Shown piece by piece: positions 56,794-64,000 of a stretch of 64,000 nt of DNA (position 1 is the stretch's first letter; the number at the start of each line of letters is the position of its first letter). The translations under genes and the position numbers were made by a program. Source of the DNA: an uncultured Gammaproteobacteria bacterium. GTDB taxonomy: Bacteria > Patescibacteriota > Microgenomatia > Daviesbacterales > UBA10151. The DNA is taken from contig CAYMZD010000002.1 in NCBI GenBank assembly GCA_964394855.1, positions 131,964-195,963 on the forward strand, given 5' to 3'. Below the pieces are notes generated by a model. It was not told where the DNA came from. It did no database searches and saw nothing but the letters and a program-made list of their open reading frames with translations.

Positions 56794-57710
56794 AATGGGT
56801 GATTGTCGGTTTGGTGATAGCGGCAGTGGCAGTTTTGCTCATCAGGCAAACCGGTCAGGATATTAAAATAGAGAAAGAAAAAGCCAAAATTGATTTATCC
56901 AAGTTAAAACAGGGTTGTCCGGTGAAGGATTGTATCCCCTCTATTGATAACCCTAAGTTTATCTCGGCAGAGGAAGCGGAAAAGAAAAGACAAATTGAAG
57001 ATAACGATGTAGTCTTTGCCATAAATCATAAAGGAGTGTCCAGAGCCTATCCTCAAAGAATCTTAAATTGGCATGAGATAGTAAATGATGTGGTGGCAGG
57101 AGATCCTATTATGATCACTTTTTGCCCCCTTTGTGGCACAGCCATTGGATATGAGCGACCGGCTGATACCACCTTTGGAGTTTCGGGGAAACTGGTTAAT
57201 TCCAATTTGGTGATGTATGATAGAAAGACCGAAACTTTGTGGCAGCAACTGGGAGGTGAGGCGATTGTGGGGGAGTTGGTAGGACAAAAGTTAAAACCCT
57301 TCCCTGTGGATACTGTTTTGTGGAAGGATTGGAAAAAACTCCATCCCGAGACCCAAGTTTTGTCTCAAGATACAGGCTATTCAAGAGATTACAGTCGCTA
57401 TCCTTATGGAAGTTATGAATCTGATAGATCAGTTTATTTCCCTGCCGAGGGAGCAGTTGATACCAGGCTTCATCCCAAACAAATAGTTTGGGGAATAGAC
57501 ATTAATGGAAAGTTTAAGGCTTATGATGATAAAAAATTGTCAGAAGTGGGTATGTTAAAAGATACATTTAACGGTCAAAACTTAACAATAGAGAGAAATA
57601 AAGAAGGCCAAGTTAGAATTACCAAGGGTAGGGGAGATCAAATAATTCCTGACAGATCAATGTGGTTTGCCTGGGTGTCATTTCATCCGCAAACAGAACT
57701 TTATAAATGA
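56790..57710 (+). CDS. DUF3179-domain protein
   Basis: IDNPKF...ITFCPLCGT pattern. Confidence 0.55.
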   Translation: MKWVIVGLVIAAVAVLLIRQTGQDIKIEKEKAKIDLSKLKQGCPVKDCIPSIDNPKFISAEEAEKKRQIEDNDVVFAINHKGVSRAYPQRILNWHEIVNDVVAGDPIMITFCPLCGTAIGYERPADTTFGVSGKLVNSNLVMYDRKTETLWQQLGGEAIVGELVGQKLKPFPVDTVLWKDWKKLHPETQVLSQDTGYSRDYSRYPYGSYESDRSVYFPAEGAVDTRLHPKQIVWGIDINGKFKAYDDKKLSEVGMLKDTFNGQNLTIERNKEGQVRITKGRGDQIIPDRSMWFAWVSFHPQTELYK

Positions 57711-57724
57711 AGGGAGGTGTAAAA

Positions 57725-57973
57725 ATGGCCAAAGTAACAATGTATAAGACAACAACCTGTCCTTATTGTAAAATGGAAGCAGAATACCTAAATTCCAAAG
57801 GGGTTAAGTTTGAGGAAATTTATGTTGACCAGGATCCAAAAGCGGCCGAGGATATGATCAAAATTTCCGGTCAAATGGGAGTACCTTTTACAGTCATCCA
57901 AAAAGATGATGAAGGACAGGTTACTATTTTAGGTTTTGATAGGGAAAAGCTGAATGAAGTTTTAGGACTTTAA
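57725..57973 (+). CDS. Glutaredoxin-like protein (NrdH/YruB-type), start at MAKVT after SD AAGGGAGGTG
   Basis: CPYC active site in thioredoxin fold. Confidence 0.7.
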   Translation: MAKVTMYKTTTCPYCKMEAEYLNSKGVKFEEIYVDQDPKAAEDMIKISGQMGVPFTVIQKDDEGQVTILGFDREKLNEVLGL

Positions 57974-57974
57974 G

Positions 57975-58184
57975 TCATAACCTACCTGGTAATTGAAAAA
58001 GGAAACCTGCAACAATAAAAATGATGCCAATTAAAACCAGCCAAACCTCGTGTTTAATTTCAGAAAGCACAGGTTTATCAATCTTTCGCTCTTTCTTTAT
58101 TCTGATGTGGACCCGTAGAACTGAAATACCGATTAAAAGTTCGCCAATGGTAGTTAAAATGAACCCCCAGAATGAAAAATCCAT
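57975..58184 (-). CDS. Possible small 2-TM membrane protein
   Basis: ORF only. Confidence 0.3.
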   Translation of the reverse strand: MDFSFWGFILTTIGELLIGISVLRVHIRIKKERKIDKPVLSEIKHEVWLVLIGIIFIVAGFLFQLPGRL

Positions 58185-58202
58185 AATTTTATTTTATACC
58201 AA

Positions 58203-59408
58203 ATGTTAAACTCTAATCAAACTATTAGAAAACAGATTTTAGATTTGATGTTAAGAAATAGAAAACACTGCGACGGCTATCAGTACACTGTTCCCTCGAC
58301 AGTTACTTATCCCTATCAATGGCTTTGGGATTCCTGTTTTCATGCCATAATTTTGTCACACTTAAATATTGAAGACGCCCAAAAAGAGCTTTTATCTTTA
58401 GTTTCAAAGCAGTTTGAAAATGGCATAATTTCTCATATTATTTATTGGGAAAATCATCACAAAACAACTTTTCCCAAAATTGATTGGGGCAAAAAAGGCA
58501 CCAGCAGTATTACCCAGCCTCCACTTCTGGCTTTGGCTGCTTGGTTAGTTTTTCAGAAAAGTAATGATAAAAACTTTTTAAAAACAATTTATCCTCATTT
58601 GTATCACTTTTATAAATATTTGTTGACAGAGCGAGATCCTCATGAAAAACACTTGGTTGGTATTATGAATCCTGATGAATCGGGAGAAGATAACTCTCCA
58701 CGTTTTGATTTACCTTTGGGACTCCCACCCACTCACAGCTTGAAAGATAATGCGAAAAGAAGATTTAAGTTGGTTGAGCAAAACATTGAATGTAATTTTG
58801 ACGCCCCTTTTTGTATGAGAAACTTTTTTTGGGTGAAAGATGTACCTTTTAATTCCATCATGGTGGAAAATTTAAGTATGTTATCACAGATAGCAAAAGA
58901 ACTTGGATTTAATGATGACTCATTTTACTTTAAAAAAGAGAAAGAAAGAATCATCCAAGCTATGAGAAAGTTAATGTTTGATCAGGGGATTTTTTACTCC
59001 ACTTTTGGTGAGAATTATCAAAAGATTAAAGTTAAAACTTGGGCTATTTTTGCTCCACTTTTTGCTAAAATTTACACTAAAAATGAAGCTAGGGAACTAA
59101 TTTATAAACATCTTTTGAATCCAAAAGAGTTTTGGGCAAAATATCCCATTCCCAGCGTATCTTTGGATGAACCATCATTTAATGCCAAAGGTTTCTGGCG
59201 AGGATCTGTTTGGATGGCTATTAATTGGTTTGTTTATAAGGGATTAAAAAATTATGGATTTGATGATATAGCAGAAAAAATTTTACAAATTAGTTTAACT
59301 CTCATTCAAAAATCTGGCTTCAGAGAGCAATTTAACCCCTTAACAGGAGGGGGTTTGGGAGCCAAGAATTTCACCTGGGGCGCTCTAGTGCTGGATATGG
59401 AGAGTTGA
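58203..59408 (+). CDS. Six-hairpin (alpha/alpha)6 glycoside hydrolase-like protein (GH63/GDE_C-like)
   Basis: YQWLWDSCFHAI and downstream acidic catalytic-region pattern. Confidence 0.5.
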   Translation: MLNSNQTIRKQILDLMLRNRKHCDGYQYTVPSTVTYPYQWLWDSCFHAIILSHLNIEDAQKELLSLVSKQFENGIISHIIYWENHHKTTFPKIDWGKKGTSSITQPPLLALAAWLVFQKSNDKNFLKTIYPHLYHFYKYLLTERDPHEKHLVGIMNPDESGEDNSPRFDLPLGLPPTHSLKDNAKRRFKLVEQNIECNFDAPFCMRNFFWVKDVPFNSIMVENLSMLSQIAKELGFNDDSFYFKKEKERIIQAMRKLMFDQGIFYSTFGENYQKIKVKTWAIFAPLFAKIYTKNEARELIYKHLLNPKEFWAKYPIPSVSLDEPSFNAKGFWRGSVWMAINWFVYKGLKNYGFDDIAEKILQISLTLIQKSGFREQFNPLTGGGLGAKNFTWGALVLDMES

Positions 59409-59422
59409 TATATAATGGAACT

Positions 59423-59872
59423 ATGATTTATTTGGGAGCTGATCATCGGGGATTTGAGCTAAAGACAAGATTAAAAAAACGTTTATTGGATGAAGGCTAT
59501 ATGGTGGTTGATTTAGGAGCGGATCATCTAGATCCTCAAGATGATTATGTTTTATTTGCCCACAAGGTGGCTGAAGCCACAGTTGCTGATCCTAAAAATC
59601 GCGGTATCATTCTTTGTGGTTCTGGGGCAGGGGTAGATATGGTGGCCAATAAAATAGAAGGTGTAAGATCTGCCCTGGTTTTTGATGTGCCCAGGGCAGT
59701 GCAAGCCCGAGAGCATGAAGATGCCAATGTCATATCACTTCCGGCTGATACCCTGGATGAAGAACAATCTTTTGAAATAGTGAAAGCCTTTTTGGAAACT
59801 GAATTTTCCGGAGAAGAACGCCATCGAAGAAGACTGCAAGAAATACAGGAAGTAGAAGAAGAACATTCATGA
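59423..59872 (+). CDS. rpiB: Ribose-5-phosphate isomerase B
   Basis: MIYLGADHRGF...ILCGSGAGV motifs. Confidence 0.8.
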   Translation: MIYLGADHRGFELKTRLKKRLLDEGYMVVDLGADHLDPQDDYVLFAHKVAEATVADPKNRGIILCGSGAGVDMVANKIEGVRSALVFDVPRAVQAREHEDANVISLPADTLDEEQSFEIVKAFLETEFSGEERHRRRLQEIQEVEEEHS

Positions 59873-60477
59873 TTCAGATTATACCTGCCATATTGGCAAC
59901 CACAGAGGAAGAATATATTCAGAAACTTAAAAAAATAGAAGAAAATTGGCAATTTAAGAATGATTGGGTACAAATTGACCTCATGGATAATAAATTTGTT
60001 CAAAACAAATCTGTAGGCCCGAAAATTATTGCCAAATACCCCACTGATTTAAAAATTGAAACTCAACTGATGGTGGAATATCCGGAAAATTGGATTGATG
60101 AACTTATAAAAATTCCTGTAGCTAGAATTATTTTCCCGGTTGAAGACAAAGAAGGGATAGCAGAAAGAATAGTTCATATAAAAAATCATGGCATTGAAGT
60201 AGGTTTATCGCTAAACCCGGAAACTGCTGTTGAAACCTTAGAGCCGTTTGCTGATACAATAGATTTAGTGTTGGTGATGTCAGTTCAGCCGGGCTTTGGC
60301 GGACAGGAGTTTATTCCCGAATCCGTGGAAAAGGTCAAAAAAATTAAAGGAATGGGCTGGCCGGTTAAAATTGAAGTGGACGGGGGAATTAATAAAGAGG
60401 TAGCGAAAGATTTGGAAAGATCGGGCGCAGATTATTTAGTGGTGGGATCCCATTTATGGGAGATGTATGGAAAATAA
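59869..60477 (+). CDS. rpe: Ribulose-phosphate 3-epimerase
   Basis: TIM-barrel RPE motifs (QIDLMD, VDGGI). Confidence 0.8.
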   Translation: MIQIIPAILATTEEEYIQKLKKIEENWQFKNDWVQIDLMDNKFVQNKSVGPKIIAKYPTDLKIETQLMVEYPENWIDELIKIPVARIIFPVEDKEGIAERIVHIKNHGIEVGLSLNPETAVETLEPFADTIDLVLVMSVQPGFGGQEFIPESVEKVKKIKGMGWPVKIEVDGGINKEVAKDLERSGADYLVVGSHLWEMYGK

Positions 60478-61081
60478 CCAGATTCAACAAATAGCCATTT
60501 TTGGATATGCCGATACCAAGCCCGGCGAGGAGCTTTATGAAAGTGTGGTTAAAGTTACTAAAGCTTTGGCAGAAGCTGGATACACAGTGGTTGACGGGGG
60601 TGGTCCAGGAGTGATGAGGGCAGCCACAGAAGGAGCCAAACAGGGCGGCGGACACGTTATTGGGGTAACTTTTTATCCCAAAGATAGCATGGATTTTGAG
60701 GGCAGGGATTTGGAAAACCGCTTTGATGAAGAAATTAAAACCCAAAATTATGTGGAAAGGACACTGACTCTTTTAAGAAAAGGGCAAGTTTATGTTATTT
60801 TTAAAGGAGGAACCGGGACGATTTCGGAGTTTGGTATGGCCTGGGGACTGGCCCGGCTTTATTTTGGCCACCACAAACCTTTAATTTTGTATGGCAGATT
60901 TTGGGAAAATATCATCAATAATTTATCGGAAAATATGTTGCTTAGGCCAGAGGAGCTCAAGGTTTTTAAAGTCGTTGACTCCCCATTGGAGGTCTTGCAG
61001 GCCATCAAAGAGTTTGAAGAAGAGATCCAAAAAGGAGAACATAAACATTTAAAAATCTCCGAAAGCGACTTTTCAATTTAA
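60467..61081 (+). CDS. LOG-family (TIGR00730) Rossmann-fold protein, cytokinin riboside 5'-monophosphate phosphoribohydrolase-like
   Basis: GGGPGVM and GGTGT/E motifs. Confidence 0.7.
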   Translation: MENNQIQQIAIFGYADTKPGEELYESVVKVTKALAEAGYTVVDGGGPGVMRAATEGAKQGGGHVIGVTFYPKDSMDFEGRDLENRFDEEIKTQNYVERTLTLLRKGQVYVIFKGGTGTISEFGMAWGLARLYFGHHKPLILYGRFWENIINNLSENMLLRPEELKVFKVVDSPLEVLQAIKEFEEEIQKGEHKHLKISESDFSI

Positions 61082-61084
61082 GTT

Positions 61085-61696
61085 TTACTCTATAACCGCA
61101 ATAGATCTTGGTTCAAATGTTTTTTTATCTCTGGTGGTAATCCGAAGTCCTGTCGTGCCTCTTGCCAGAGAAAATCCACAGTAGCGTGTATCTGGTACCT
61201 CAATAAATTTCTTTATTCCGTCAACCTCCAATGGAGTACTCATTAAAAGACACCTACCCATAAATCTATACCAACCCTCACGATCTGTGATATTCATACC
61301 CAGTAATTGATAAGAGCTACCAGTTTCAATTAAAAAACCACCACCAAACCATGGTAAAACTTGAGATCTGTATCTATCCATAATCAAAGCTTGATTTTCA
61401 GCTGATTTTGTAGGTTGTAAGTCCATCATCAGCAAAAAAGCCTGCCTACCAGCTGTTATTTCCAAAGTAGAATCCAGTGCTATATTGGATTTATTATCAT
61501 CCCTACCGATTAAATCACAAGGATCAAACCCACTTAAAAAACAGTCTCTGGTTACTCTGGTGATGACTTCATCGTTCCAAGAAGGCTTTTGTGGTACATA
61601 AATGTATCTTCTAAAGTTAACAGCCCGTATATCAGGATGTTGGGATACTACCTTTCTAGCGCAATCAATAGTAGATAATCCTAAAAGTGTTTCCAT
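61085..61696 (-). CDS. Hypothetical protein (203 aa)
   Basis: ORF only. Confidence 0.4.
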   Translation of the reverse strand: METLLGLSTIDCARKVVSQHPDIRAVNFRRYIYVPQKPSWNDEVITRVTRDCFLSGFDPCDLIGRDDNKSNIALDSTLEITAGRQAFLLMMDLQPTKSAENQALIMDRYRSQVLPWFGGGFLIETGSSYQLLGMNITDREGWYRFMGRCLLMSTPLEVDGIKKFIEVPDTRYCGFSLARGTTGLRITTRDKKTFEPRSIAVIE

Positions 61697-61726
61697 GAGC
61701 GGTATTATATATGATATGATAAATTT

Positions 61727-62581
61727 ATGCTATCTGACCATGATATTAAACTGCTGGAAGAGAAAGCTGTTTTAATTCGTGAAGATATTATCAAGATGTT
61801 GCTTGAGGCAGGGTCCGGTCATTCGGCCGGGCCTTTGGGCATGGCTGATATTTTTACGGCTTTATACTTTAATGTTTTAAACCATGATTCTAAAAAGCCG
61901 GACTGGAGCGAGCGGGACAGGTTGGTTTTATCCAATGGCCATATCTGTCCGGTTTTGTATGCCAGCCTGGCCCATGCCGGATATTTTCCCGTTTCCGAAC
62001 TAAAAACTTTACGAAAACTGGGTACCAGATTACAGGGTCATCCTCACAGGGGAACTTTGCCCGGGATTGAAACAACTTCCGGGCCTCTGGGTTCAGGACT
62101 TTCTCAAGCTTGCGGCATGGCTTTAGCCGGATTAATGGACAAAAAAAAGTGGTGGGTTTATTGTTTAACATCAGACGGTGAGCATGATGCCGGTAATACT
62201 TGGGAAGCAATCATGTTTGCTGGTAAAAATAAACTCAATAATTTAACTGTCATCATTGATCGAAATAACATCCAAATTGATGGATTTACAGAAAATATCA
62301 TGCCACTTGAGCCCTTAAAAGAAAAATATGAAGCTTTTAATTGGCATGTTTTGGAAATCGATGGACATAATTTTGAAGCGATTATTGCAGCTTGCAACGG
62401 CGCCAAGGCTATTTTTAACAAACCAGTGGTCATTATAGCCCATACCATTCCCGGAAAAGGGGTGGATTTCATGGAAAAAAATTATCAGTGGCATGGAAAA
62501 CCCCCCAATGCAGAGGAAGAAAAGCTGGCTTTGGCAGAACTTAGAACTTTACAAGGAAAGATTCATTCGGAGCATGAATGA
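61727..62581 (+). CDS. tkt: Transketolase, N-terminal (TPP-binding) subunit
   Basis: GHSAGPLGMADIF, split-transketolase arrangement with next gene. Confidence 0.85.
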   Translation: MLSDHDIKLLEEKAVLIREDIIKMLLEAGSGHSAGPLGMADIFTALYFNVLNHDSKKPDWSERDRLVLSNGHICPVLYASLAHAGYFPVSELKTLRKLGTRLQGHPHRGTLPGIETTSGPLGSGLSQACGMALAGLMDKKKWWVYCLTSDGEHDAGNTWEAIMFAGKNKLNNLTVIIDRNNIQIDGFTENIMPLEPLKEKYEAFNWHVLEIDGHNFEAIIAACNGAKAIFNKPVVIIAHTIPGKGVDFMEKNYQWHGKPPNAEEEKLALAELRTLQGKIHSEHE

Positions 62582-63576
62582 TAAATAAAAACGCTTATCT
62601 TAATCCAAAATTATTTGACAGCGATATTGAACAAGTACCATCCAGAAATGGTTATGGAGAGGGTTTGGTTTTGGCAGGGGAGGAAAATAAAAATGTGGTG
62701 GCGCTTTGTGCCGATTTAACGGAAAGTACTCGCACGGAAGCTTTTAAAGAAAAATTCCCTGACCGTTTTGTAGAAATGGGGGTGGCAGAACAAAATTTGG
62801 CTGCTTTAGCTTCGGGCATGGCCGCAGTAGGGAAGGTACCTTTCATTACCTCTTATGCCATGTTTTCTCCCGGCAGAAACTGGGAACAAATAAGAACTAC
62901 CATCTGTTACAATGACCGGCCTGTTAAAATAATTGGTTCTCATGCGGGAATTTCAGTTGGTCCGGATGGAGCCACCCATCAAGCCTTGGAAGATATGGCT
63001 ATTACCAGAGCCCTGCCCAACATGGTGGTGATCGCTCCAACTGATGCAATTGAAGCTAGAAAAGCCACCCTGGCTATTGCCAGATTACCCAAACCTTGTT
63101 ATATGAGGCTGTCCCGAGAAGGAATACCGGTTATCACCACGGAAAATACTCCTTTTGAAATAGGCAAGGCGCAAGTTTTCTGGGGTGGTGATAATCCCAA
63201 AGTGGCCATTGTCGCCTGTGGTCAGATGGTTTATAGAGCGCTGCTTAGTGCCAAAGAGTTGGAAAAGCATAAAATTAGTGTTCGAGTAATAAATTGTCAC
63301 ACTATTAAACCTTTGGATAATATAACCATCCTAAAAGCAGCAGAGGATTGTGGAGCTGTGGTAACAATAGAGGAACATCAAGTTCAGGGTGGTTTAGGTT
63401 CTGCTGTGGCGGAGTTAGTTTCCCAACACTTCCCTGTGCCCATGAAAATTGTGGGAATAGAGGATCATTTTGGGGAGTCTGGTGAGCCCAATGAACTCCT
63501 TTCAAAATTCGGCCTGACTACTGATGCTATTATCAAGGCTGTCACCTCGGTCCTGCGCATGAAGGAAAAGGCTTAA
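62578..63576 (+). CDS. tkt: Transketolase, C-terminal (pyrimidine-binding + C-terminal domain) subunit
   Basis: 332 aa; pyrimidine-binding domain motifs; 4-nt overlap with N-terminal subunit. Confidence 0.85.
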   Translation: MINKNAYLNPKLFDSDIEQVPSRNGYGEGLVLAGEENKNVVALCADLTESTRTEAFKEKFPDRFVEMGVAEQNLAALASGMAAVGKVPFITSYAMFSPGRNWEQIRTTICYNDRPVKIIGSHAGISVGPDGATHQALEDMAITRALPNMVVIAPTDAIEARKATLAIARLPKPCYMRLSREGIPVITTENTPFEIGKAQVFWGGDNPKVAIVACGQMVYRALLSAKELEKHKISVRVINCHTIKPLDNITILKAAEDCGAVVTIEEHQVQGGLGSAVAELVSQHFPVPMKIVGIEDHFGESGEPNELLSKFGLTTDAIIKAVTSVLRMKEKA

Positions 63577-64000
63577 GGAGAAAGTAAATCTATAATTTTG
63601 GTCATTAAAGATTTTTGGGTTTCCACTAACTCTCCGGTTTCAGCTGAAACTATGGCTGTTAGAGGTTGAGAAACTGGAATAAATCCTAAAAGTTTAAAAT
63701 CGCGAATGCCGGGGATCTCATATACAGGTACATTATTTTGTAATCCCAATGTTACCACATCACTGACTGAAGTTAACTGCCCGCTGGCGGTACTAACTAT
63801 GGCATTTCTGATAAATGGTGGACCCAGTCTACTTATCACATTGGCTGCCAGCATGTTTTGCACAGCCCGATCCGGCAGAATTGTTAATACTCTGGGGCCA
63901 GCAGAAGTTGAAGCAATCAACTGATTGGTATTAAGATCAATTTGCAAGGGAAAATTAGATAAAGCCCCCACGTTATTTCGGGTTACCAAAAGCTTCCCTC
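63573..64000 (-). CDS. Hypothetical protein, 3' part (gene likely continues beyond window end)
   Basis: ORF 63573..63989 open toward the window edge. Confidence 0.3.
   Translation of the reverse strand, partial: GKLLVTRNNVGALSNFPLQIDLNTNQLIASTSAGPRVLTILPDRAVQNMLAANVISRLGPPFIRNAIVSTASGQLTSVSDVVTLGLQNNVPVYEIPGIRDFKLLGFIPVSQPLTAIVSAETGELVETQKSLMTKIIDLLSP

Overview
The window is AT-rich bacterial chromosome with features typical of CPR/Patescibacteria-like genomes, and it contains one likely integrated mobile element. The main blocks, in order, are:

- **1-11.2 kb:** a near-complete ribosomal-protein supercluster on the + strand (S3 C-terminus, L16, L29, S17, L14, L24, L5, S14 type Z, S8, L6, L18, S5, L15, SecY, Adk, Map, IF-1, L36, S13, S11, S4, RpoA, L17, L13, S9). 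There is no L30 gene between S5 and L15. These are followed by a peroxiredoxin and an Amidase_2 protein.
- **12.6-21.5 kb:** tRNA-Pro(GGG) followed by an element carrying a large serine recombinase flanked by a perfect 103-bp inverted repeat, and a second perfect 88-bp inverted repeat bracketing about 7 kb of cargo. The cargo is a DUF2188 protein, a 314-aa unknown protein, a LexA-family repressor in an apparent operon with an N6-adenine MTase and a circularly permuted C5-cytosine MTase, a convergent Cys-rich putative restriction endonuclease, and a 900-bp GC-rich ORF-free region.
- **21.6-36.3 kb:** core genes resume: NYN, NUDIX, recA, a GT-C glycosyltransferase, recX, rny, hup, miaA, an AI-2E transporter, RNase P RNA (rnpB, minus strand, found from sequence and structure), a two-component system and comM.
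- **36.3-37.8 kb:** three adjacent genes each preceded by a copy of a CCGATTAAATCGG palindrome.
- **38-47 kb:** secD/secF split by two inserted genes, then cca and recJ.
- **46.3-48.1 kb:** a minus-strand T-box leader (perfect -35/-10 promoter, GGTGGTACCGCG box, antiterminator and terminator) controlling three GC-richer small unknown genes, placed divergently from an Asp/Asn-tRNA synthetase gene.
- **49-64 kb:** a DD-carboxypeptidase, gltX, tRNA-Gln(CUG), GT-C glycosyltransferases, a thiol-disulfide cluster, rpiB, rpe, a LOG-family protein and a split transketolase.

I found no rRNA genes or CRISPR arrays.
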